A DNA stretch of 64,000 nucleotides from Scenedesmus sp. PABB004 (GCA_014905635.1 JABVCE010000009.1:682001-746000); one strand, 5' to 3'. Positions 48,987 to 62,043 are shown, numbered from the stretch's first letter. Notes: a model not told the origin generated them from the letters alone. Numbers and translations are program-made.

Positions 48987-51900
48987 TCAGAAGCGCGCGA
49001 GCTGCCGCGTGTCGCCAGCCGCGCGCACGCCGTAGGGGTTTGCCGCGCTGAACGCGTGCCCGCTCCCGCGCGCCGCCTTGGGCTTGGCTCGCCGGTAGTC
49101 CGCGGCGCCGGCGCCGCCCTTGGCCGCGCGCCGGCCGTGCGCGGCCTTGGACTCGATGTTGAGGCTCACGCGCGGCGGGCCGGAGAAGCCAAACGACTTG
49201 GCCACCGCCTGCGCGGCCGCAGCGCGGAGCAGGGGGAGCGCGGGCGGTCGAGCCGGGTCGCGCGCGCGGGCGAGCGCCTCCCCCGCCCCGCGCGCGCGCG
49301 CCCCGCTGCCGCCGCGCCGCGCAGCGCGTTGCGCCGTGCTGCCGCGCTGCCGCGTGCGCGCGCGCGCGCCTGGAGGTCGAGGGTGTGCACGTTGAAGATG
49401 TCCTTGAGGGCGTGGCTGTTGTAGGAGAGGATGTAGGACCTGGGGGAGGGTTTAGTGCATGGTGTGGTGGTGGGTTCAGGGTTCAGGGTTCACGCGGGTC
49501 AGGGTTCAGGGGCGAGGGAGCGAGAGAGGGAGGAGAGAGAGGGCGAGAGGGAGAGGGAACGAGAGAGAGGGAGAGGGAGGTAGGGAGGGAGGGAGTAAGA
49601 TTGAAAGAGAGAGGGAGGGAGGGAGGACGAGAGAGGCAGTGCGCGCCCCGCGGGGCGCCGCGGGCGCTGCTGGCTGGGCCGCGCCTGTACGCGTCGCGCG
49701 CGCTCTGGTGCAGGTAGTAGTTCTTGGCCACGAGCCGCTCCAGCTGGCCCTGCACGCCCGCGAGCTTGTTCAGCGGGAACTCGTACTCGTTCAGCGGCAC
49801 CTGCGGCGTGGCGCGATGCGGCCCGGGGGCGGAGGGAGGCGAGGGAGGGGGGCGGAGGGAGGGGGGAGGGAGGGCGCGGGGCGGGCGGCGTGAGGGGCGG
49901 GCAAGAGGCGGGCGCGGCGCGGCGGGGCGGCGGAGGGGGCCGCTGCGCGGCGCGACTGGATGGAGCAGCGCGTGGTGCCCTAAACCGCCGCGCCGCGCCT
50001 TGGCTGCCTTGAGGTATTTGAGGAAGCCCAGCTCCTCCGGCATCAGCATCAGCAGCGCGCGCCCCCGCCCGTCGCGCCCGCGCGCGGTGCGCCCGACCTG
50101 CGGCGGCGGGTGCGGGCCGTGCGGGCGGCCCGTCGGCGGGCGGGCGCGGCGGCGCCGGGGCCCCGCGCGGTGCTCCCCAGTCCCGCGCGCCCGCAGCTCC
50201 AGTCCACACGCGCAAGAGCTTCCTCGCATGGCCAGAAACAACGAGACAAACAATAACAACAAATTGTAACACAATGAATATAACAAAACAACAACCTAAC
50301 ACCACGCACGCGGTGGATGTACTCCTTGGGGTCGTCGGGCGGGTCGTACTGTATGATCCAGTCGACCGCGGGGATGTCCAGCCCGCGCGCGGCGACGTCG
50401 GTGCACAGCAGGATGCCCTTGTCCGCCTGCGTGCGCGTGTGTGTGTGTGTGGGGGGGGGGGGTGGACAGGGCGCGAGGGGGCAGGCAGGTGTGCCCGGCG
50501 GCGAGCGTCCGGCGCCGGCCCCGCGCCACCCCAGCTCCAGCGGCTCCACCCCAGCTCCCAGACCCCCCTCCCCCCCTCCCCCCCTCCCCCCTGCCGCCGG
50601 CCCCTCCTCCTGCGCGGCCGCCGCGCCTGGCAGAACTCAAAGAACGTCGCCGTGCGCTTGGCCTGCTTCTGCTTGCCGTGGATGTCGCGGACGGGAATGT
50701 CGATGTAGTTGAACAGCTCGCTGCGCGGGGGGTTGAAGGGTTTAGGGGGGGCAGAGGGGGGGGGGGCAGGGTTTTGGGTGTGTGAGGGATTCAAGGGGGG
50801 AGGGCGGGGGAGGAGCGGGGGGAGGGCGAGTGCGAGGGGCGCGCCGGCGGCGCGGAACGAAACGCTGTGTAAGCACACCATCCCGCGCACACCATGACCG
50901 GCGCGACGACCGCGCGCGCCAGCGCCGCCGGTCGTGCGAGCTGCGACGCGCGGCCGCGGCCGCCCCCCCCCCCCCCCCCCCCCCCCCACACACACACACC
51001 CACACCTCCCCACACACTCGCACACTCTGTGCACCCTAAGCCCTAAGCCCAAAAACCTACACCCGCCCACACACACGCACCCACCTGTGGTACTTGACCG
51101 CGTTGCAGCTGCTGAAGAAGACCATGACCTTCTTGGCCAGGTTCTTCTTGAGGAACGTGAACAGCAGCAGCAGCCGCTTGTCGGCCGGGACCACCACGTA
51201 GCCCTGCGCGGCGGGCGCCGCGGACGACGACGCGGCGGGGCGGTCGCACACGCGGCGCGGCGACGCGGCGAGCGCCGGCGCGCCGGCGTCGGCGGGGCGC
51301 GCTCGCGGGACGCGTGCGCCAGCGCGCCCCGAGGCGCCGCGCAGCGTCAGCACCCCCCTCCTCCCCCCTCGCCCTCTCCCCGCGCGCCGCGCCTGCTCCA
51401 GGCCCTCCCGCGTCGCGGTCGTGCGGCTGTCGTCGACGCCGACGTAGAGGGGGCGGTTCTTGAAGCTCAGCCGCGCGAGGTCCTCGACCTGGGGTTTAGT
51501 GGCAGGGGTTGACGGCAGGGGGGTTAAGTGGGGTCGGTCGCGGGCCAGGGTTTAGCGGGGTCGAGCCGTCGCGGGGTTGAGGAGCGGCGGCGGGGCTGGC
51601 GGCGGCCGCGGCGGCGCCGGGGGCTGGCGGCGGGGCTCGCGGCGCGGCGCGGTGCGGCGTGCGGCGCGCGTGCCGGCCCACCTTCGTCGTCTGCGTCGCG
51701 CTGAAGAGCATCGTCTGCCGCTCCTTGGGCAGCACCTGGGGGTGGCGAGGCCGGCGGGCGCGCGCGCGTGGGCGGTGGCAAACAACAGCCACACACACCA
51801 CAGGCCCAACACCACACACAAGGCACACACAAGACACACAAGACGCACACCAGCCCCAACACACACAACACACTCACAAGCAGGCCCAACAACACACACA

Positions 51901-54570
51901 AGACACGCGCAGCCAGAGCAACAGCGCGCCGCCCACCTTGACGATCTGGCGCATCTCCTCCTCAAAGCCAATCTCCAGGATGCGGTCCGCCTCGTCGATG
52001 ACCAGCACGGCCAGGGAGCGGAACACAAAGCCCCTGGTGTTCTGCAGGTGGTCCAGCAGCCGGCCAGGCGTCGCGACCTGCGCGCGCCGCGCGGGAGCGG
52101 GAGGGGGGGGGTCAGGGAGGGAGGACGGGGGACGGGGGAGGCGGGCGGGGAGGATGGCGGCTCGGGCGGAGAGGGCGCGGGGGCGGGGCCGAGGGGCCGC
52201 GCGCGCGCGCGGCGGAGGCGCGGCGGGCCGCGCAGAGGGGGCCACGCGGCGCGCCGCGCGCGGCCGGCCAGCCGGGCGGCCGGCCGCGCGCGCCCCGGTC
52301 GCCGCGCGCCGCCGCGCCGCGCGCGCTGTGCCCCGCGCGCCGCGCCGCGCGCCGCGCGCGCCGCACGCCGCACCAGGAGGCTGACGCCCTTGACCAGCTT
52401 CTCCGCCTCTGCGCGGCGGTTGGCGCCGCCCATGACAAGGCCATGCGTCTGGCTGTGGCCCTTCATGAGGTCACGCGCGACGCCGTAGATCTGGCGCGGA
52501 GACACGAGGGTTTAGGGTGGTGGAGGGTTTAGAGTGGTGGAGAGTTTAGAGCGTGTGCGCGGTTGGGCGGTGGGCGCGTCAGTGAGGAGTGTGCTGCGCG
52601 AGTGAGAAAGGGGAGGGAGGGCGCGAGGGGCGGGCGCGCGCGGAGGGCGCGGCGCGGCGCGGCGCGCGCGGGCGGCCGCCGCCCTCGCCTGCAGCGCGAG
52701 CTCCCGCGTCGGCGCGATGACGATCGCGCCGGTGCCGTTGCGGGGCATGAACTTGGCTCTGCGGGGGGGGGGGGGGGGGGGGGGCGGAGCACGGGACAGG
52801 GCACGGTGGGACGGAGGACAGGGGACGTCAGGCGGGGCGGGGCGGGGCGGGACGGGACGTCAGGCGCAGCGCGGGCGCCGCGTGAGGGCTGCGCCAGCGC
52901 GCAGCGCGTGGCCGCCGCGCCTGTGCAGCAGCTCGACCGCTGGTATGAGGAAGGCCAGCGTCTTGCCGCTGCCCGTGCGCGCCGCGCCGAGCACGTCCCG
53001 CCCCGTGAGCAGCGCGGGATGGTGCGCGCCTGCAGGCGGCGGCCGCCGCGGCGGCGGCGGCGGCGGCGCGCGGTCGCGCGGTCGCGCGGCGGCCCGGCCG
53101 CGCCCCCTGCTGCTGCACTCTTGACCTCGCGGCGGCGGCGCGGCGAGGCAAGCGCGCGCTCCGCCAGGGGCGCCGCGCGGCGCGGCCCCGCCTCCCTAAA
53201 CCCCTAAACCCCTAAACCCCGCACCTGCACCTCCGTCATCGTGGTGTAGCCCATGTCAGCAACGCCCGCCGCGGTCGCCGCGCTCAGCTGCAGTGAGTCG
53301 AAGCGCGTGTCGCTCATGATGCCAGACACCTGCGCACCCCAGCCAGCGGCCGGGGCACGGCGCGCGCGTCGCCGTGCGTGGCCCGGCGCCGCGTCGCGCG
53401 CGCTGCGTGTGCGCGGCGGCAGTGCGCCAGCCAGCGCCCCCCCCCCCCCCCCCCACACACACACACCCACCACCACCACCACACCGCACCTGCGCGGTGT
53501 GCTTCTCCACCTCCAGCGCCGCGCCTTGGCCTTTTTCTTCTTGCCGCCCGCCGCGGCCTCCGCCGCCGCCGCCGCGGCGCCGCCGCCGCCGCGCCGCCGG
53601 GTCGGGCTTGAGCTTCTGCGGGCGGGCGGGCGCGCGGCGTGGGCGCGGGCGCGGGCGCGCTCGTCACGGCGGCGCTCTGCGAGCACGGCACCTGCCCGCC
53701 GGGTGCCCGCCCGCCCGCCCGCGCCGCACACCTTGGCCTTCTGCTGCTGCTGCTGCTCCTCCTCCTCCTCCTCCTCTGGGCCGTCCTCGTCCGACTCCGC
53801 CTCCCCCTCGTCGTCCTCGTCGTCAAAGCCCTCCCCGCCGCTGCTCATGCCGTCCCCCTCTCCGCCCTCGTCGTCGCTGTCGCTCTGCGTCGCGGCGGCG
53901 GCAGCGGCGGCGCCGTCAGCGCCCGCCGCTCCCCGCCCCGCCCCGCCCCGCCCCGCCGCTGCCGCCTGCCGCCGCAGCGCTCTGCAGCGCCGCTGTCTGT
54001 CTTGTCTGCCCACCTGGATGTCGTCCTCTGCAAAGTCGTCCGCCGCCGCCAGCCGGCCGCCGCCGAGGTCCACCAGGCGCTGCCCCGCCGCGCCGGCGTC
54101 GTCCGAGTCGCTGCCGCCGTCGAGCTGCGAGCTGCCGGGGTCGCTGCCGCCGTCGTCGCTGCCGTCGCTGGCCGCCGGCGGGAGCGGCTGCCGCGCGGCC
54201 TTGCGCCGCGCCTGCGCGGCCTGCAGCTGCGCCTGCAGCTGCGCCTGCGCCGCCTGCGGGGGCACGGGCGGTCAAGCACGGCGGGGCGTGGGCGGCTGCG
54301 TGTGCGCGCCCGCCGACAGCGGCGCCGGCCGCCGCTGCCGGCGCGGCCCCCGCGGCGCGCCATGGCGGCGCGCCAGCGGCGCGTCCGGGCGCAGCGCGCG
54401 TTCAATTGCCGCGGGGCGCCCCCGCGGCGCCGCCGGCAGACCGGGCGGCGCGGGCGCACCTGCTTCGGCGCGGCGGCCGGCGACGCGGCGGCCGCCGGGG
54501 ACTGCCCAGGCTTGCCCGGCTTGCTGCGCTTGCGCTTACGCTTGCCGCCCGCGCCCGCGGGCTCGCCCAT
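48987..54570 (-). CDS. HAS1: DEAD-box RNA helicase HAS1/DDX18 (RH27/51-like); apparent 1-nt frameshift at ~53016-53018
   Basis: [131 protein letters not shown]; acidic N-terminus. Confidence 0.95.
53194..53220. repeat. Telomere-like (CCCTAAAC)3 immediately inside a HAS1 5' splice site
   Basis: CCCTAAACCCCTAAACCCCTAAACCCC. Confidence 0.85.
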
Positions 54571-55108
54571 GGCGGCGCGGCCGGCGGCTGCGGGAGCGGC
54601 GGCTGCTGCTGCCGGCGGCGGCGGGGAACGCGGCGCGGTGTGGTTGGGCGGGCCTGCGCGCGCGGCGAGCTGGAAACGTCGCAGCAGCATAGTGACGGCG
54701 CCCCTCGGGCTGCGGCGGCTCGGGCGCGACGGGGTGCGCGGTGCAGGGCTCGGCCGATGTGACGCGCGCTCGTGCGGCGCACTTGCGCACCGCCAGCCGC
54801 TGCCGGCGCCCGGTCGCAGAGCCAGCGTCGTGGCCAACCTCTCAGCCTGCCCGCACGCCCCGCAGCGCCGCGCACTGGGCACACGAAGCAGCGCCGCCAC
54901 CGTCGACGCCGTCCCTGCCTCCTGCACCTGCGCCCGAGGCTCGGCCGGCCTCGCTCTCGTGTTTCGAGGCCGCGACAGCATCGGGGGCCGTGCCACCCCG
55001 CTGCCAGGCAGTCGCCGCGCCGGCGCGCCGGCGCGCCGCCGCAGCAGCAGCGGCCGTTGCCGCCGGCGCGCGCCGCCCGGGCGGCGGGCGGCCGCTCGGG
55101 GCGCCGCC

Positions 55109-55477
55109 ATGAGTAAGAGTAAGAGCCACGACCAGGCCGTCCTGGCCGTGTGCGCCGAGCAGGTGCGCGGGCGGCGGCCGCGCCGCCGGGACGGGGCGCG
55201 CCCGCGCAGCAGCAGCGGCCGGCGCGCCCGCCTTCGCCCGCCGACGCCGCCCCTCGCGTCGCGCGCCCGCAGCCGGACGGCGTGCTCCAGAGCGCGCTCA
55301 CGGCCGACGGCGGGCCCCTGGGCGACCTGGTGGAGATGCAGGAGCGCATCGACGTCATCAACGCGCTGCTGGCCCGCAAGCGCCTGGCGATGTTCAAGCA
55401 GGGCACCCCGCCGCAGTTCGTCGTCAAGCTCGCGCAGCCGCACGAGAACAAGTGCGGCGCCCGCGCCCGTGCCCGCT

Positions 55478-55508
<31 letters not shown>

Positions 55509-56842
55509 CGGCGCAGCCTGCCCGCTCTGCACACCGCGCACGCCGCGCTCGGCCGCCCACGCGCCCGCCCGCCCCCAGGGCCAAGGGCCTCAGCGCCGAG
55601 GAGGCGCTCGTGCACCAGGTCATTCGTGGCGCGGGCAACACGGGTGCGCGACGCCCCACCCGGCAGGCCTCGCCCGGCCGCCGCCGCTCGCCGCTCACCG
55701 CGCGCGCTCGACGCCGCGCGCCGCGCTCGCGCCCCTCCACCCGCGCCGCCCCATCGCGCCCACCATGCACGCCCCGCTCACACCCACGCGCCGCTCCTCA
55801 CACAACACACACACACGCACACAACTCAACACGCGTGCGGCGCAGGCGTGTGGACGCGCGACCTGAAGGTCAAGACCAACCTGGCGCAGCCGCAGGTCAC
55901 CAAGATCCTCAAGGCCCTCGAGGGCCGCGGGCTCATCAAGAGCGTGAAGAACGTGAACAACCCCTCGCGCAAGCTCTACATGCTCGAGGAGCTCGAGCCG
56001 AGCCGCGAGATCACGGGCGGCGCGTGGTGCGGCGGCCGGCGCGCGCGCCGCGTCCGCCCAGGCCTGGGTGCGGTGCAGGCGGCCGGGTTCCCGAGTCCCG
56101 CGGGGCTGAGCCCGCCGCCGCGCGTCTGTCCGTGCGCGTGCGCGTGCGTGTGTGTGCGTGCGTGCGTGTGCCCGCAGGTACACCGACCAGCAGCTGGACC
56201 GGGAGTTCATCGAGGTGCTGCGGGAGACGTGCTACAAGCTCGTGGAGCGCTCCGAGGCGCGCAGCCGCGCGGCGCGCGCCCCGGCGCAGCGCGGCCCGTC
56301 GCGCGCGGCGCCCGCGGCGCGCGCCCAGGCTCGCGCGCCCCCCGCCCATCCGCACGCCCCGGCGCGCGCCGCCGCGCGCCCGCCGCGCGCAGTCGCCGCA
56401 CGCGAGCCTGGGCGACGTAGCCGAGTTCATCAACTCCAAGGGCGTCGCGCGCGTGCCGCTGCGGGAGGAGGACATCGGCACGATCATGCAGACGCTCATC
56501 GCAGACGGGCGGTGCGCGCCGCCCGCGCCGCCCGCGGCGCGCGCACGCCGCGCCGCGCCCCCGCCCCCGCGCCGCGCACGCGCGCTCACGCCGCGCCGCC
56601 ACGCTCCGCTGCGCCCCGCGCCGACCCCGCCGCTCTGCCGCGCCCCGCGCAGCATCGAAATGATTGAGCCGGAGGCCGAGGGCGCGCCGGAGCGCTACCG
56701 CCCCGCGGTGCTGGCGCTGCCCGAGGCGACCGCGTTCACGAGCGTGCCGTGCGGCGTGTGCCCCGTGTCGGACCAGTGCACCGAGGGCGGGCAGATCAGC
56801 CCGCAGACCTGCGTGTACTTCACCGCGTGGCTCGAGTTCTGA
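55109..56842 (+). CDS. RPC6: RNA polymerase III subunit RPC6 (Rpc34/POLR3F)
   Basis: GVWTRDLKVKTNL...KILKALEGRGLIKSVK...KLYML..LEPSREITGGAW|YTDQQLDREFI; C-terminal PCGVCPV..QC......SPQTCVYF..WL Fe-S motif. Confidence 0.95.
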
Positions 56843-57164
56843 CCGCGCCCGACCACGGCGGCGGCGGCGGCGGACGACACAGCGCAGGATGGCCACCGTA
56901 GGGCAGCGCAGGGCGGCGCGGGCTAGCTGTAGGCAGGCGGGCGGGCGCGGCTAGTTGACGAGCGAGTTGAGCCCCGGGCGTGAACCGCCCCTGAGACAGA
57001 GACCGTGCTTCCCCACGAGCAGCATCGCGCCACCAGCCCGCAGAGCAACTCAAGCAGTCCGGCGCAGGCCGCGCGACCGCCGCCACACGAGCAGCCAGCA
57101 GCGCCGGCCGCTCGCCCGCGGAGCGCCTCATTGGCCGGCTCGCCTGCTCCAGCACAACCGCGCG

Positions 57165-58096
57165 ATGCAGGGGCTCCGCGGCTGCGGTGGCAGGCCCGCC
57201 AGCGCCCGCGCGAGCGCGGGCGGCGGCAGCAGCAGCAGCGGCGTTCGGCGGCACGGTGCCGCCCAGCGCGGCGGCCCGGCGCCGTGCCGGGCCGTCCCCG
57301 GCAGTGACAGCGACGCGCCCAGCCGCCCGGCAGCACTGGACCGGCGGGCGCTGCTGCTGGCGGGCGGCGCGGCGCTCGCCGCAACCGGGCGCGCGGCCGC
57401 CGCGGCCAGCGCGCCGCCGGCGGCGACCTGGGACGGCTGGAGCTCGCCCGGCCTCGCCGCGCCGGACGACCCCGACCTGCCCAAGTTTTTCCGCACGCCG
57501 TCGGGCGTCAAGGTGCAAGAGCTCACCCCCGGCTCGGGGCCCGCGGCGGCGCCCGGCGACGCGGTGCTGGTTGACTACGTGCTGCGGCGCATCAACGGGT
57601 GACGCGCCGCGCGCACGCCCGGCGGGTGACGCGCCGCGCGCGCGCCGGCGGGCGCGAGGCCCCCGGCCCCACCGCGAGGCTCACGCCGCCTCGGCGCGCT
57701 CCGCAGTTACTTCATCTATAGCACGGTCGAGGGCGTCAGCTTCCAGGTGCGTTCCGTGGCGCAGGGCGATGCGCGCGTGCGCCGCGGCCGCCGCCCTCAC
57801 CTGCCGCCCCGCCCGCCGCCGCCGCCGCGCAGCCGCGCGACGTACCCACCGGCCCCGTGCGCCTGCGGCTCGGCGGTGGCGAGGTCGTGGCGGGGCTGGA
57901 GGAGGCGCTGGTGGGACTGCGCCCCGGGGGCAAGCGCCGCGTCTTGGTGCCCGCGGAGCTGGGCTACGTCTCCAACGTCCTGCAGCCGGCGATGCCCACG
58001 TTTGCGACGAAGCGCCAGCTCGCCAACCACGCGAGCGAGCCGCTGATCTTCGAGGTCGAGCTGCTGCGCGTGCTGCCAGGCGGCAAGGCGGCTTGA
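57165..58096 (+). CDS. FKBP16-1: Thylakoid lumen FKBP-type PPIase, FKBP16-1-like
   Basis: Bipartite signal with twin-Arg (DRRALLL..AAA); YVLRRING|YFIYSTV, GLEEALVGLRPGGKRRVLVPAELGY, HASEPLIFEVELLRV. Confidence 0.85.
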
Positions 58097-59158
58097 CGCG
58101 CGAGAGAGAGAGCGCGGGGAGCGCCTGCGGGCGCGCGTGACCGCAACCCAGCTGTGTTACTCTCCAGCGACAACTCCGGCTGCGGCCGCCTCTGCGCGCG
58201 CCGCCGTCAGCAGCGGCGCCTCCTCCAGCGCCGCCCGCCCCCGCCGCGCGTGCGCGGCGGGGGCAAGAGATGCGGGCCCAGCGATGCGGGCGGCGCGCGC
58301 GCGCGCGCGTGCCGCGGCCGCCAGGCGGCGGCAGCGCGGCTGTGCGGCGGCGCGCCGCCCTTTCTTGCCGCCGATCGCCGCTCATCATCACGCGCGCAGC
58401 ACACCAGCACAACAGCAGCAGGCAGGGACAGCGCTCTCGCACCCGCGCGTGCGGCGGCCTCCTCGACCGCGCGTCGCGCGGCACCCTCGGCGCGCTGGCG
58501 GCGCGGCGGCTGGGCGCGGCCCGCCCGCGCCCGGGCGGGCGCTGCAGCCGCCGCGGCGGCGCCCCGCGCCGCGTGCGCCACGGCACAGGCCGCGGCGCGC
58601 ACAGGCGCGCGGCGCCGCTGCGACCCATCCTGGCCAACCTCAATGCGCCCGCCCGCCCTCTCCTCTTCCCTAAGCAGACCCCGGGCGCCGGCGGCAGTGC
58701 CAGACGCGCAGCAGGTGCGCGCGGGAGACACGGAGCACACGATCTCGTGCGCCGCCCACCGAGCCGGCAGGCGGGAGCGGGCTCCCGTTGCGGGAGCCCA
58801 TTTGCCCGCGGGAGCCCCGCGGGGAAAAAAGAAGCGTATAGTACACGTTCGGCGCACAAGCGCAGGGCGGCGCCGAGCGAGCGGCCGCGGCGATGCCGCC
58901 GCGGCGACGACCGAGCCGCCTCCACCCGCCCGCCCGCCCGTCCCCGCCCGCCTGTCCCCGCCCGCCTCCCCCAATCGACCACGCCGCCACCTCAACGCCA
59001 CGACGACGACGAAACAAACACAACAAAAAACGCGCGCCGGCCGCGGCGCCCCCCGACCCCACCCCATTTACCCCCACCGCCTCGCCCACCCTTGCGCGCC
59101 GTGCGCCGCCGCGCTGCCGCCCCGGACGGCCAGCGGGCGCGGGCGCGCCGCCGCCGCC

Positions 59159-59224
59159 TCAGTCGTCGCGCTGTGCGTAGACCGTGATCGGCACGAGCGC
59201 CCGCTCCGGCGGCACCAGCCAGTA

Positions 59225-59268
<44 letters not shown>

Positions 59269-61506
59269 AGGCCGCGGGCGAGCCGCCGTCGGCGCGCTGG
59301 TCCCAGCGCTGCGCGCGGCGGCGCCGGCCGACGCGCAGGTCGTCGCCGCTGCCCTCGACCGTCGCCGCGGCCTGGCTGAGCGCGGAGCGGAAGAAAGTGG
59401 CGAAGAATCCCAGGTGGTCCTGCAGCAGCGCCTCGCTCGCTTGGCTGCGCGTGCGCGCGGGCGCGGGCGCGGCCGCGCGTGGGCGGGCGCGCGTGGGCGG
59501 GCGCCTGGCACGCGCGGCGCGCGGCGCGCCGCGAGCGGCACGGCGCGCGGGCGCAGCCGCACCGCCGCGCCTCCTCCTGCGCGGGGCTGTACGCGCGCTT
59601 TGCGCGCCGCTGCGCCTCCTCGCGCCGCGCGCGCTCCTTCAGGAAGGTGGACGTCGCGTCAAACACGTCCGCCACGCGCCCCTGGCCCGCCATCATCACG
59701 CCCACGTTCACGCGCTCCTGCGCGCCGCGGCGCGGCGGCGGCGGCGGCGCGGCGCGCGTCGGCGCGGGCGCGCGGCCGCGCCGCCGGCGCGCCGGGCTCC
59801 GCGCGGCGTCTGCTGCGGGCGGCGGCGGCGCGCGGGGCGCACCGTGAGGCGCGTCTGCATGACATACTCGAGCGCGGGCAGGTCGGCCTTCTTGACCCTG
59901 CGGCGGGGCACACGGGCGGCGGCGGGCGCGCGGGCGGGTTCGGCGGCGGGGCACGGCCGCGCGGCGCGCGGCAACGGCTCGCGGGGAGGCGGCGGCGGCG
60001 CACCAGTGGATGCAGCTCACGGGGCAGCTGTCTGCGCGCGGCGGGGCGCGGGCGGCGGGGCGCGGGCGGCGGGGCGCGGGCGGCGGGGCGGGCGCGGGTG
60101 GGCGGGCGCGGGTGGGCGGGCGGGCGGCGGGCGCGCGCGGGGCGCGCAGCCGTCAGTGCTGTCGGGCCGCCGCCGCGCGGTGCGCCGCCGCGCGCCGCGC
60201 CGCACCGATCGCAGCCTGCTGCTCCGCCTCGCTGTTGAGCCACTGCGCAAACACGCGGCTGCGGCCGTGCTCGTGCTCAATGCGGAACACGCCGGGCGCG
60301 TGCCACACGCACTGCTTGCAGCCGATGCAGGTGATCTCATCCTTTGTACGGCGGGCGGGCAGGCGGGCGGCGAGGGCGCGGCGGGGGCGCGGCGTGAGCG
60401 GCGGCGCGTGAGCGGCGGCGCGGCGGCGCGGCGGCCCAGCGGCGGCGCGGGGTCGCACCACAAACACGGCGCGGTCCTCGGCGGGGTCGGCGTGCTTGGC
60501 CATGGCCGGGTTGACCGCCGGCATCCACTTGCTGAGCGGCTCGCCGGTGAAGTCGTCCTCCGCATCAGCGAGCGCCGTCTCGAGCCGCGCGTTGTACGCG
60601 GCGCGCGCGCCCTCGTCGCTCAGCACCTGCACGCGGCGGTCGCGGCGCGGCGCGGCGGCGGGGGGTCGGCTGGGCGGCGGGGGTCGGGGCCGCGCGCAGG
60701 TGCTGAGCGACGAGGGCGGCGGCCCCCACCGCCGCTGACGCCGCGCGCGCGCGCGGGGCGGCCGTCCTGCAAGCCGTCCTGCAAGCCGTCCTGCAAGCCG
60801 TCCTGCAAGCGCGCCGCTGCCGCGGCCCGCGCGCACCTCGTACGCCTCGTTGAGCAGGATGCAGATGTTGTGCCCCGCGTCGCCCAGGTAGTCGGGGTGG
60901 CACCTGCGCGGCGCGGCGGCGGCGGCGCGTGAGCCGCGCGGGCGTGGGGAGCGGGCGCGGGGAGCGGCGGGCGCGGGCGCGGGCGCGGCGGCGGCTGCAG
61001 CGCACTCTTTGGCGAGCGCGCGGTACGCGCGCTTGATCTCGTCCACGCCCGCGTCGTCGTCGACCTGCGCGCGGCCGCGGCGTTTGGCGCACGCCCGCAT
61101 CGTGCGCCGCCGCAGCTGCGTTTGGCTTCGGCGCCGCGCGCGGCGGCCGGCTCACCCCCAGGACCTCGTAGTAGTCGACCGTGCCGTCGTGCAGCATCAT
61201 GGGGTTGGCCGCGGACGACGACGACGACGACGACGAGCGCAGAGGCGGCGGCGCCGCGGCGCGCCGGGCTGCGCGGCGAGCGCGGGCGGGCGCGTGTCCG
61301 CGCGCGCGCGGCGCACGCGCGCCCGGCGCCGCATGCTGCTGCGCCGGCGCCGGCGGCGGCTGCGCGTGGCAGCGCCGGCGTGGGGCCGGGAACGGGCGCG
61401 GGCGGCGGCGATCGCGCCGCGGCGGCGACGCACCGCTGCTCAGCGCCGGCGTGCCGCGCCGCTGCTGCTGCGGCGCCCGCGCGCGAGCGCCGCGCCAGAG
61501 GTGCAT
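59159..61506 (-). CDS. Chloroplast J-domain protein with ferredoxin domain (CDJ3/CDJ4, DJC76-like)
   Basis: DYYEVLG|VDDDA...IKRAYRALAKE|CHPD, LNEAYE|VLSD; AVFV|DEITCIGCKQC...GRSRVFAQW...AI|DSCPVSCIHW; start codon uncertain. Confidence 0.9.
60761..60810. repeat. Intronic 12-bp tandem repeat (GCCGTCCTGCAA)4
   Basis: Directly visible. Confidence 0.9.
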
Positions 61507-61749
61507 TACACTGGTCGTGCGCGGGTCGCGAGGGGCGCGCGGGGGCCGGCGGGCTCGCTGCGCCGGGCGGGCGGTGGCGCCGCGCTGCTGCCGCGGGTGC
61601 GCGGGGAGCCGCGGCGACGGCACCGGGCGGCGGGGAGGGCGTCGGGGAGGTCTGCGCAGCGCCGTGGGGCGGAGATCCGGTCGCTGAGCGGAGGGTTAGG
61701 CGCGAAAAGCCCGCACGGCTCTCCCTGCCGCTGTTCGTTGCCGCCGGCA

Positions 61750-61848
61750 CCGTGTCCCGCCGAGGCCGCGCGCGCGATCATGCGCGTGCGCGCCCGCCGC
61801 CGCCGCACGCCCCGCGCGCGCAGTCTCGAGTCGCGCGCGCCGCCGCGC
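61750..61848. repeat. Bipartite motif copy 1 (CCGTGTCCCGCCGAGGCCGCGCGCG..ATCATGCGCG / CAGTCTCGAGTCGCGCGCGC)
   Basis: Both blocks recur in the same order at 62204-62318 with a diverged spacer. Confidence 0.85.
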
Positions 61849-61863
61849 GCGCCGCGTCGCAGA

Positions 61864-61925
61864 GCGGGCAGGTCTTGAGCTTGTACACGACAAGCTTGTC
61901 GTGTACAAGCTGAAGACCTGCTCGC
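61864..61925. ncRNA. Hairpin 1, pre-miRNA-like (62 nt)
   Basis: 31-nt arms with 2 mismatches; central 34-nt perfect palindrome at 61878-61911. Hairpin is certain, RNA function is inferred. Confidence 0.5.
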
Positions 61926-61970
61926 CGGCGCGCGGAGCGCGGGCACGCCGTTGGGCAGCGCCAGCACGCG

Positions 61971-62036
61971 CTGCAGCTCCGTCCGGACCTCGTCCACGGG
62001 CATATCTGCCGTGAACGAGTTCCGGACGAGCCGCGG
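61971..62036. ncRNA. Hairpin 2, pre-miRNA-like (~66 nt)
   Basis: CGTCCGGACCTCGTCCACGGGCA pairs with TGCCGTGAACGAGTTCCGGACG (2 mismatches, 1 bulge), loop TATC. Confidence 0.5.
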
Positions 62037-62043
62037 CCAGTGC

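Noticed and set aside
50100..51085. Intronic snoRNAs in long HAS1 introns
   Set aside because: No recognisable C/D or H/ACA box pairs; mostly simple repeats
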